Positions 56,744 through 64,000 of a stretch of 64,000 nucleotides of DNA are shown here, one piece after another (position 1 is the first letter of the stretch; every line of letters starts with the position of its first letter). The notes beneath the pieces were generated by a model that saw only the letters and a program-made list of their open reading frames with translations, ran no database searches and had not been told where the DNA came from. Origin of the DNA: a bacterium GBS-1 (lineage in GTDB: Bacteria; Synergistota; GBS-1). The translations under genes were made by a program, and so were the position numbers. The stretch lies in NCBI GenBank assembly GCA_001443005.1, contig LEKQ01000001.1:594542-658541 (forward strand), written 5' to 3'.

Positions 56744-57117
56744 GGAAGTAAATCCTTTAGCCTCCTCTCAATGAAACTTCCATCTGGCTTCGCCATAATA
56801 ACTAAGAGATCTTCAGAAAACTCATAAAGCGTCTGCCTACAGGCACCGCAAGGGTAAATGAAATCTGAAGAATCACCAACTACAGCTATGACTTCAAACT
56901 CCCTACACCCATTCGCAACGGCACTAAAGAGAGCGACACGCTCAGCGCAGATAGTCAAACCATAGGAAGAGTTTTCAACATTGCATCCCCAAAATATCTT
57001 ACCATCCTTAGATAGTATAGCCGAACCGACCCTAAAGCCAGAATAAGGAGCGTAAGCCCGCTCCATCGCTTTAAGCGCCGCTTTAATCAGTTTGACTTTC
57101 TCAATCTCTGTAACCAA
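56719..57117 (-). CDS. cdd: cytidine deaminase
   Basis: 132 aa with the zinc ligands CAERVA and PCGACRQ. Confidence 0.9.
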   Translation of the reverse strand: MVTEIEKVKLIKAALKAMERAYAPYSGFRVGSAILSKDGKIFWGCNVENSSYGLTICAERVALFSAVANGCREFEVIAVVGDSSDFIYPCGACRQTLYEFSEDLLVIMAKPDGSFIERRLKDLLPWGFKLIR

Positions 57118-58135
57118 CGAGACTCACCTTCTCACTCTTTTCCACCTCTATCCTTATTCCAAAGAACTCTAGGCTCTTCTCTATGAGCCTTAAGGCAGAG
57201 CTCAAAACCTCAGGATTTCCAACAGCCTTTATGATAACCGGATCAACCGGAATCGGTCTATGATTAACCAAGATCACGGGACCAACGCACCTTATGGATG
57301 ACTGAACCACTAACCTTTCCCCTCCTACCTGAATGCCAAGAGCTCCAGCGGCGAAGAGCTCATTAACTATATCCCTGAGGTCGCTATCGTGTATTATATG
57401 GGCTTCGCCCTCTTTTTTCTTAGCATCATAAACCTTAAGGATAATTCCCTCCCCCTCTAGGGGAGCAAAGCCTGCCAAGCTGGCTAAAGTGTCAAGACGG
57501 CTTTTCAAGCTCATGATCTCCCCCTTAAGGCTATCCAATCTGCTTTTAAGCATGTCCTCAGTTAAAACTACCACCTTTCCCTGTGATACCTCAAACCTAA
57601 AGGTAGAGGAAATTTGACGGAATAGAGGAATCTCCTCTATCTTGGAGATGGTTTCACCAGAAAGCAACCCCCGAGGAGCCTCCACTTCAACCCTACTCCC
57701 ATCTTCAGCCCTTCTTATGACTATCTCAGCAACTCCATCGAACACTCTAACCTTGCTATCGGAAGCGATAAGATTAACAACCTCCCTTAAGTGATGATTC
57801 TTAGCCTCATTTAAGATAGCATCATAAACGAGACTACCATGATGAAGCAAAGCGCCTATAGTCTCCTCCGCGGTTGAAGAAGATTCGGTCTCAAACCGAA
57901 GTCTGGCAAGAGCGCTCCTAACGGAAGGGTAGTTTGAAACTCCAAGCTGATTCGCTAAAAGCTGATAGTATTGAAGAAGGATAACAGCCATACCTTTAGC
58001 CTTTTTGAGCTCTGCAGCTCTACCACCTAAACCACCAATATCTATTAATTTAACTAGGAAAACGGTGTTAACGGCCAAAAGTATTAGAAGTATCCACAGA
58101 ATCCAATTTTCTCTTTTCTTCGTATTCCAAAGCAT
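57101..58135 (-). CDS. DUF881-domain membrane-anchored protein
   Basis: 344 aa with an N-terminal TM helix. The C-terminal region GEGIILKVYD...DLRDIVNELFAAGALGIQVGGERLV...RCVG resembles DUF881. Confidence 0.6.
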   Translation of the reverse strand: MLWNTKKRENWILWILLILLAVNTVFLVKLIDIGGLGGRAAELKKAKGMAVILLQYYQLLANQLGVSNYPSVRSALARLRFETESSSTAEETIGALLHHGSLVYDAILNEAKNHHLREVVNLIASDSKVRVFDGVAEIVIRRAEDGSRVEVEAPRGLLSGETISKIEEIPLFRQISSTFRFEVSQGKVVVLTEDMLKSRLDSLKGEIMSLKSRLDTLASLAGFAPLEGEGIILKVYDAKKKEGEAHIIHDSDLRDIVNELFAAGALGIQVGGERLVVQSSIRCVGPVILVNHRPIPVDPVIIKAVGNPEVLSSALRLIEKSLEFFGIRIEVEKSEKVSLVGYRD

Positions 58136-58751
58136 TTTTCTTCTCCTCCAATAATTCGCTCGCTAAAACTCCTGCTGAAACCACAAACTTTAATGCCTGA
58201 TCCACCGTGATGGGAATGCGAATGACCTCACTTGCTGGGACGAGAAGCACGAAACCCGATGTAGGATTAGGAGCTGTGGGCACAAAAATCGTAAGGAACT
58301 CATCCTTATCGACACAAGAAACAAATTTTCCTCCTTTACTCGTAACGAGCCCCATCGAATAAATTCCCTTACGCGGGAACTCCACCAAAACGACCTCCCT
58401 AAAGGAGCTTTTCTCTTTAACCAGAAAAACTTCAAGTACCTGCTTTATGGTCATGTAAACCCCCCTGACGAAGGGGATCATCGAGACCAATCCCTCTAAT
58501 AGCGAAACCAATCTTCTCCCTATATAGTGGGCTGTCAACATACCTATCAGAATTGTCAGTAAAACGAAGACTCCAAGGAACAAAAAGCTTATACCAGGGA
58601 TCTTATAACTCGTGAGCTTGAAAACTATCCTTCCAAGATTAGCATCGACCCAAAGGAAGATCTGATAGAAAACGTATAAAGTTATCGTTAAGGGAATGAC
58701 AACTATAAGCCCAGCAAAGAAGTAATGTCTAATCCTCCTCAGCCCTTCCAC
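58068..58751 (-). CDS. DUF502-domain membrane protein
   Basis: 227 aa. The N-terminus FFAGLIVVIPLTITLYVF, two TM helices and the FVPTAPNPTSGF block are typical of DUF502. Confidence 0.65.
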   Translation of the reverse strand: MEGLRRIRHYFFAGLIVVIPLTITLYVFYQIFLWVDANLGRIVFKLTSYKIPGISFLFLGVFVLLTILIGMLTAHYIGRRLVSLLEGLVSMIPFVRGVYMTIKQVLEVFLVKEKSSFREVVLVEFPRKGIYSMGLVTSKGGKFVSCVDKDEFLTIFVPTAPNPTSGFVLLVPASEVIRIPITVDQALKFVVSAGVLASELLEEKKNALEYEEKRKLDSVDTSNTFGR

Positions 58752-60003
58752 CCTCTTCCTTCAAAACCATAACCCTCTTGATTCTATTCCTTTTGACCTC
58801 AAGGACCTTTAGCTTAAGATTTTTGAAGTTAACCTCTTCTCCTGTCCGAGGGATCCTCCCAAGCAATGAGAAGAGTAGACCTGCTACCGTATCATAGTCC
58901 CTTTCCTCAAGATCACTATCGCCCTCGATACCGAACAGCTCAAGAAGCTCGTCGAGGTTCATCTTTCCATCGACTACATAGACCTCCTCTCCAACCTTTT
59001 CCACAGGTGGGAGCTCCTTATCGTATTCATCCTCTATCTCCCCCACTATCTCCTCAAGAATATCCTCCATTGTAACCAAACCTGCGGTTCCACCATATTC
59101 ATCTATCACTATCGCTATATGAATCTTTCTCTGCCTTAACTCCTCGAAGAGCTCCTTAACAGGTTTGGTCTCGGGAACGAAGTAGGGAGAGCGAGCTAAT
59201 CTCCCAACCTTCTCATCCCACTTACCAGCGGCTATCACGGGAAGTAGATCCTTAGCGTAGAGTATGCCTATGATATTATCTATATCATTCTCAAAAATGG
59301 GTATTCGAGAATGACCATAATCCTCCACCACCCTTACTGCATCCCTAACATCGGAGGTAGATTCCAAGCAAACCATATCAGGTCTTGGAACCATGATCTC
59401 TCTGACTACCTTATCTCCAAGATCTATAACGCTCCTTATCATCTTCCTTTCCTCTTCCTCGAGATCCACCTCTTCACCTCTAGATAAGAGAATCTCAAGC
59501 TCCTCTCTCGTAATAAGAGGGTAAAGGAATTTTTTGCTTTCCCCTCCCAAGAGCTCAACGATCTTAGAAAATACGATCGCAACAGGGTAAAAGACCAGCG
59601 ATAACAAATACATAGTGTATATAACTCTTTTGGCTATATCCTCAGAATATCTTAGCGCCAACCCCTTTGGCGTTATCTCACCGAAAAAGAGTATCACTAA
59701 GGTCATTATACCTATGGCAAAACCAACACCAAGGTTAGGGAAGATCTTCAGGGATAAGGATGTAGCTAACGCAGATGCGGTTATATTAACTAAGTTGTTG
59801 CCTATGAGTATAGCCACAAGCACCCTCTGAGGATCATCTAAGAAAAACTCCCAAGCCTTTGCTTTAGATGGGGTAGTTTTCATCAAGCTAAGTATCTTAG
59901 TCTTGCTTAAAGATACAAGCGCAGTTTCCGAAGCCGAGAAAAGAGCTGATAGAGAAACGAACAAAGCTAAAAGAAACAAATCCGCTTTAGGAACTTCCAT
60001 CAC
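58729..60003 (-). CDS. hemolysin-family / CNNM-type protein (DUF21 + CBS pair + CorC_HlyC)
   Basis: 424 aa with a 4-TM DUF21 N-terminus, the REIMVPR block followed by the CBS pair, and a C-terminal CorC/HlyC transporter-associated domain. Confidence 0.82.
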   Translation of the reverse strand: MMEVPKADLFLLALFVSLSALFSASETALVSLSKTKILSLMKTTPSKAKAWEFFLDDPQRVLVAILIGNNLVNITASALATSLSLKIFPNLGVGFAIGIMTLVILFFGEITPKGLALRYSEDIAKRVIYTMYLLSLVFYPVAIVFSKIVELLGGESKKFLYPLITREELEILLSRGEEVDLEEEERKMIRSVIDLGDKVVREIMVPRPDMVCLESTSDVRDAVRVVEDYGHSRIPIFENDIDNIIGILYAKDLLPVIAAGKWDEKVGRLARSPYFVPETKPVKELFEELRQRKIHIAIVIDEYGGTAGLVTMEDILEEIVGEIEDEYDKELPPVEKVGEEVYVVDGKMNLDELLELFGIEGDSDLEERDYDTVAGLLFSLLGRIPRTGEEVNFKNLKLKVLEVKRNRIKRVMVLKEEGGRAEED

Positions 60004-60469
60004 CTGACTCTTCCTTCTTAAAGCCTTCCAAATACTCCCTTTCCTTTAAACGCATCTTTGCAGCTTCCTCTTCAGAAGCATGATCATAACCAAGAAGATG
60101 AAGCAATCCGTGAATGACAAGAAGCTTCACCTCAGATGCAGGGTCCCAACCAGCTTCCTGAGCCTGAGAAATAGCCCTATCTATCGAGACCATCACCTCT
60201 CCTAAAAGGAAGAAGGGCGCACGCTCATCAATATCGTCATGCATTGGGAAAGATAAAACATCAGTTGAGCCCTTCCTCCCAGTGAAAGCCTCATTTACAG
60301 GTATCATCTCTCTATCGGTCACGAAGGTAAGGCTCACCTTCATTTTCGAAAGCTTAATCGAATCCCTATACTCCCTCCCTACCACCATGCGCGTTATCTC
60401 TCTTATCTCCTTCTGGGTTAATCCCACCCTCCTTAGAAGCTTCCCTTGATCGTTTATTAGAACTCTCAC
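59987..60469 (-). CDS. ybeY: rRNA maturation endoribonuclease YbeY
   Basis: 160 aa with the zinc motif HGLLHLLGYDH. Confidence 0.9.
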   Translation of the reverse strand: MRVLINDQGKLLRRVGLTQKEIREITRMVVGREYRDSIKLSKMKVSLTFVTDREMIPVNEAFTGRKGSTDVLSFPMHDDIDERAPFFLLGEVMVSIDRAISQAQEAGWDPASEVKLLVIHGLLHLLGYDHASEEEAAKMRLKEREYLEGFKKEESGDGSS

Positions 60470-62426
60470 CGTTCTTTCCCCCCTCTGGATACTCTATCCT
60501 CGAATGATACATCCCCCTAAGAACTTTAACGAAAGTATATACTATCCTCTCCAGATCCCTAAAGGATAACGGAGATTCGTTCAATTGCCCATCTTCTACT
60601 TTCATCTTTATCGCCTCTCTCACCAACCCCTCAAGCTTAGACGGCGTAAGTTCTGTTAACAATCTAGCTGAAGCTTCAACGCAATCCGCAAGCATAACTA
60701 TAGCGGCCTCCTTAGTCTGAGGCTTTGGACCAGGATACCTAAAATCGTCTGGGTTCACTGCATCGCCCATTTCCTCCTTAGCCTTATGATAGAAGTAGGA
60801 AACAACACTTGTTCCATGATGCTGAAGAATTATATCGACAACCGGTTGAGGAAGTTTATACTCCCTAGCCAACTCTAAGCCATCCTTAACGTGGGAGGTC
60901 ACAACAAGCAAACTAAGATGAGGCGTTATTTTCTCATGGTAGTTTTTCTCGTCAACCTGATTCTCTATGAAAAGGTGTGGTCTTTTAAGCTTGCCTATGT
61001 CATGGTAGTAGGAGCCAACCCTGGCAAGCAGAGCGTCAGCCCCTATCTCATCCGCTGCTGCCTCGGCCAGATTAGCTACCAAAAGGCTATGATGATAGGT
61101 TCCCGGAGCCTCAACCTGAAGCCTTCTTAATAGGGGATGAGATGGGTCAGCAAGCTCAAGGAGCCTAAGGGGAGAAAAGAGCCCGAAAAGGCTTTCCACA
61201 TAGGGAAGTCCACCTGCAACGACTATGCTTGAACCAACACCGTTAAGAAAGCCCAAGAAACCGTTTAAAAGCATCACCCTTGTGGGAATATTCAGGAACA
61301 GACCGATGGCAGTTAAAGCGATCCCGTTAACCACTCCCATTATTACTCCCGCTCTTATGAAGGAGCCCCTATGCCTTATCCCTCTCAGCTCCTTTATACC
61401 AGCAATACCACCGAATATGCCCAATACGAGGGGAGCAAAACCAGCGCCCTTAAAGAAGCTCAAGGCAAATGCCAGAATCCAAGTCATGAAAATAGCAAAC
61501 CTAGGACATATCAATACAGCGTAAGACAAAGGAACTATGCCTATGGGAACCAAGGTAGGAAAGACAGGGGTCAGGATCCTCCCCAAGAAGAAAAGTAGGG
61601 AAACGGAAAAGAATATAAAGAGAAGCAGACCTATATCCTCAAAGCCCTTACTATACCAGATGGCTAAGTAGATATAGATAATCCAAATCAAAAGAAGCGA
61701 AACGATAAGTATCCCGATCAACTTTAGGGTTATCTTGGATTTAGAGAAGCCCAAAGCCTCAAGGATTAAGATATGCTCCCTTTTAAGCGGCTCACCCTTA
61801 CGAACGACGGTCTCCCCTCTATGAACCCTCAGGGTAACGGGTCTTACCTCTCTTACAGCAAGGAGCCTCTGTTTTTCCGTTTCAGTCTCATCAAGCCTAA
61901 CGTTAGGCTTAAGCTCGGCCTCAAGAATATCCTTAAGCTTGGTTATAACATCCTCATGTAGGGTTATCTCTGAAGCACGTTTCAAAATTCCCTCCAGCAA
62001 AGCGGGCAAGGACTCCTGAGAGATGCCCTTAGAATACCCCTCTTCAAGCACCTTAAGGATATGATCTCTCTGCTCAGGAAGAAGCTCCTCCAAGCCTGAA
62101 AGCCTCTCTTTAACCTTCGCTAAGACCTCCTCAACAACCCTCTCATCGGCGATGAACACACCCCTTATTCTCGAAGCAACCCTCTCTTTAAGCTTTTGTG
62201 TCTCTTCTTCATCTATAATCTCCACATCCTTATGAGCCACTATATCGTAAGGAGCCTTCTCCCCAACCCCAACCGAAAAAGCTAAGATGGACAGCCAATC
62301 CCACGAAAGCATAAAGAAAGCACTTAACCCTATACCCATTAAGACCAGTATTAAACTAAGCTTAACCTTAATGCGCCTTAAAGTGTCTTTTAAACCACTA
62401 CTGCCGTTGCTTTTCCCGCGACTCAT
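60366..62426 (-). CDS. pgpH: 7TM-HD membrane phosphohydrolase (PgpH-like, putative cyclic-di-AMP phosphodiesterase)
   Basis: 686 aa with an extracellular N-domain, a 7-TM block, and an HD domain (HSLLVANLAE, YHDIGKLKRP, LQHHG). Its low-complexity C-terminal tail overlaps ybeY by 104 nt. Confidence 0.85.
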   Translation of the reverse strand: MSRGKSNGSSGLKDTLRRIKVKLSLILVLMGIGLSAFFMLSWDWLSILAFSVGVGEKAPYDIVAHKDVEIIDEEETQKLKERVASRIRGVFIADERVVEEVLAKVKERLSGLEELLPEQRDHILKVLEEGYSKGISQESLPALLEGILKRASEITLHEDVITKLKDILEAELKPNVRLDETETEKQRLLAVREVRPVTLRVHRGETVVRKGEPLKREHILILEALGFSKSKITLKLIGILIVSLLLIWIIYIYLAIWYSKGFEDIGLLLFIFFSVSLLFFLGRILTPVFPTLVPIGIVPLSYAVLICPRFAIFMTWILAFALSFFKGAGFAPLVLGIFGGIAGIKELRGIRHRGSFIRAGVIMGVVNGIALTAIGLFLNIPTRVMLLNGFLGFLNGVGSSIVVAGGLPYVESLFGLFSPLRLLELADPSHPLLRRLQVEAPGTYHHSLLVANLAEAAADEIGADALLARVGSYYHDIGKLKRPHLFIENQVDEKNYHEKITPHLSLLVVTSHVKDGLELAREYKLPQPVVDIILQHHGTSVVSYFYHKAKEEMGDAVNPDDFRYPGPKPQTKEAAIVMLADCVEASARLLTELTPSKLEGLVREAIKMKVEDGQLNESPLSFRDLERIVYTFVKVLRGMYHSRIEYPEGGKNGESSNKRSREASKEGGINPEGDKRDNAHGGREGV

Positions 62427-63396
62427 TCTCCCTCCTCATCTCATATTCCTCATAGGCTTTAACTATCCTCTGAACTAGCTCATGCCTCACAACATCCTGC
62501 TCCGTTAGGTAAACAAAGGCTATGCCTCCTATGCCAATTAATATATCTCTAACTTCAACAAGACCAGATCTCTTGCCCGGCAGATCTATCTGAGTTATAT
62601 CACCGGTTATAACCATTTTGGAACCAAACCCCAACCTTGTCAAGAACATCTTCATCTGCTCCGGGGTAGCGTTCTGAGCCTCATCAAGTATAACGAAGGC
62701 ATCGTTAAGCGTCCTTCCTCGCATATAGGCTAAGGGGGCTATCTCTATGGTTCCGCTCTCCAAAAGCTTATGGAACCTTTCAGCCTCAAGCATCTCATAA
62801 AGAGCGTCATAGAGGGGTCTGAGATAGGGCTCTATTTTCTCTCTTAAATCCCCAGGAAGAAAACCGAGCTTCTCCCCCGCTTCAACGGCTGGCCTGACAA
62901 GTATAATTCTTCCAACCTTCCTACTCTGAAGGTAAGAAACGGCTAAGGCAACAGCAAGGTAGGTTTTACCAGTACCAGCAGGCCCTATAGCAAAAGTTAT
63001 ATCGTTTTCCCTCACCGCCTCCACATACTTCTTCTGTCCTAAAGTCTTCGGTCTTATTATCTTACCCCTGACAGTAACGTGAATTACATCATCGTAAAGC
63101 TCACCTAGCTTTAAATCCCTACCCTGCTTTAACATCTTAACGCTATATTTAAGTTCCTTAAGACTTATTGGATGCCCTTTTCTAGCTATTTCCATCATCT
63201 CTTGAAACAGGATGCCTGCCTTTTTCAGAGACTCCTCATCATTACCTACCATAACAAGCTCATTTCCTCTAGGGAATATCCTAACGTTGAAGCTCTTTTC
63301 AACAAACCGTAGGTTCTCATCCTCTTTACCTGCAACGTTTATCATCACGAGGTGGTCATCTGCCAAAAACCTCAGTTCGGTCTTGACTTCACCCAC
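62398..63396 (-). CDS. phoH: PhoH-family ATPase
   Basis: 332 aa with Walker A GPAGTGKT, Walker B FVILDEAQN and ITGDITQIDLP. Confidence 0.9.
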   Translation of the reverse strand: MGEVKTELRFLADDHLVMINVAGKEDENLRFVEKSFNVRIFPRGNELVMVGNDEESLKKAGILFQEMMEIARKGHPISLKELKYSVKMLKQGRDLKLGELYDDVIHVTVRGKIIRPKTLGQKKYVEAVRENDITFAIGPAGTGKTYLAVALAVSYLQSRKVGRIILVRPAVEAGEKLGFLPGDLREKIEPYLRPLYDALYEMLEAERFHKLLESGTIEIAPLAYMRGRTLNDAFVILDEAQNATPEQMKMFLTRLGFGSKMVITGDITQIDLPGKRSGLVEVRDILIGIGGIAFVYLTEQDVVRHELVQRIVKAYEEYEMRRENESREKQRQ

Positions 63397-63416
63397 GATT
63401 TAAGCTTTCACCCCCT

Positions 63417-63647
63417 TCAAACGGACTCAACACTTTTTACCTCTGGCACATGCTTCTTTATCGTAGACTCCACCATAGCCTTCAAGGTGAACTGGGCGAA
63501 GGGGCACCCTCCACACTGTCCCGTAAGTCTAATCTTGACCTTCCCATCTTCATCCACGCTAACCAGCTCCGCCTTACCCCCCTCGATTGCCAAATAGGGG
63601 TTGACGAAATTATCTAAAACCTCTTTTACCTTCCCCTCAAGCTCCAT
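63417..63647 (-). CDS. NifU-like (Nfu C-terminal domain) Fe-S cluster protein
   Basis: 76 aa with INPYLAIEGG...L.GQCGGCP, the CxxC motif of Nfu-type domains. Confidence 0.8.
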   Translation of the reverse strand: MELEGKVKEVLDNFVNPYLAIEGGKAELVSVDEDGKVKIRLTGQCGGCPFAQFTLKAMVESTIKKHVPEVKSVESV

Positions 63648-63663
63648 AACTTATTCCCCCTTT

Positions 63664-64000
63664 CTAAACCGGATAGGCATACTCATCCCACGGCTTCTCA
63701 AACCCCATATCCAACTTGAACTTCCTTGCATACTTTCTCCTCAAGAAGTCGATAGCAACTTGAGGAAACAAAGCATAGGTCAAAACGTCCTCTGGCTCAA
63801 CCGCTAAAACTCCTAACTCTTTTCTACACTTTTCCAACATGGGTTCAAGAAGATCCGCAGGCCTACAGGTTATAGGCTCTTCATCCCCTATGGCCTTTCT
63901 CTTTACCTCCGGGTCTATAGGAGCGGGAGGCCTACCATAAAACCCCTTAATATAGTCCCTAACCTCCTTAGGAACTATCTTATACCTCTCACCTACAAGG
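63664..64000 (-). CDS. oxaloacetate decarboxylase alpha / pyruvate carboxylase subunit B / transcarboxylase 5S-type carboxyltransferase, C-terminal fragment; the gene enters from beyond the window
   Basis: My own minus-strand translation reads ...LVGERYKIVPKEVRDYIKGFYGRPPAPIDPEVKRKAIGDEEPITCRPADLLEPMLEKCRKELGVLAVEPEDVLTYALFPQVAIDFLRRKYARKFKLDMGFEKPWDEYAYPV*. The GRPPAP...ITCRPADLL...EDVLTYALFPQVA region is the conserved carboxylase (PYC_OADA) region. It is not in the ORF track because it has no start in the window. Confidence 0.75.
   Translation of the reverse strand, partial: LVGERYKIVPKEVRDYIKGFYGRPPAPIDPEVKRKAIGDEEPITCRPADLLEPMLEKCRKELGVLAVEPEDVLTYALFPQVAIDFLRRKYARKFKLDMGFEKPWDEYAYPV

Noticed and set aside
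1-64000. Scan for CRISPR arrays, tRNA or rRNA genes, IS elements, integrases and long repeats
   Set aside because: None was recognised. Intergenic space is minimal, with the largest gaps at 216, 186 and 184 bp, and those gaps contain only promoter-like, palindromic or hairpin sequences. A by-eye scan cannot exclude small ncRNAs.

Overview
64-kb window, about 45% GC by eye, from a compact bacterial genome. The lifestyle looks thermophilic and anaerobic: proteins are rich in Glu, Lys, Ile and Val, and the window encodes a tungsten-type aldehyde:ferredoxin oxidoreductase, a four-subunit 2-oxoacid:ferredoxin oxidoreductase, a membrane pyrophosphatase and PPDK. All calls rest on my own reading of the translations and on motif recall; no database search was run.

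I call 59 protein genes, 54 of them on the minus strand, and many have overlapping stop and start codons. I saw no rRNA, tRNA, CRISPR array, transposase or integrase.

Layout:
- 1-23.2 kb: one co-directional 23-gene catabolic supra-operon. In transcription order it carries Fe-ADH, TTT transporter no. 1, an SDR, an FGGY kinase, a KD(P)G-aldolase-like DapA-family enzyme, IlvD/Edd dehydratase no. 2, a ThiS/MoaD-like GG protein, OFOR delta-alpha-beta-gamma, SucC/SucD-like CoA ligase, a D-2-hydroxyacid dehydrogenase, W-AOR, a split UxaA/SuyAB-like lyase, an Ldh_2/ComC-like dehydrogenase, a LarA-like Ni-racemase homologue, IlvD/Edd no. 1 and a ComB-like phosphatase.
- 23.3-29.1 kb: a second TTT transporter, a Trp/Tyr-rich secreted PKD-like mini-protein, and a Tm-1-like pair (UPF0261 plus a PEP-hydrolase-like TIM barrel) of unknown function.
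- 29-42.7 kb: mixed genes, namely an EamA transporter, coaE, a UvrD-type helicase, a C-N hydrolase, a TAXI-TRAP transporter, glnA, an atypical OmpR-type regulator, an HD-GYP protein, a histidine kinase and an aminotransferase.
- 42.7-64 kb: a housekeeping block with Firmicutes-like synteny (rpoD-dnaG ... ppdK-PDRP-glyS-glyQ-recO-era-cdd ... ybeY-pgpH-phoH).

The best candidate for something undescribed is the supra-operon. It reads as a ferredoxin-linked, ATP-yielding route for imported sugar acids, hydroxy acids or possibly sulfonated acids, with W-AOR in the place normally taken by an NAD(P)-dependent aldehyde dehydrogenase. The substrate cannot be fixed from sequence alone, and competing models are listed as separate findings.

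Secondary leads:
- related perfect palindromes upstream of both tctC genes
- perfect GC-rich hairpins after all three solute-binding-protein genes
- a repeated AAAGCGCTTT motif around the TAXI gene
- the Tm-1-like pair and its translationally coupled mini-protein with a C-terminal sorting-signal-like tail
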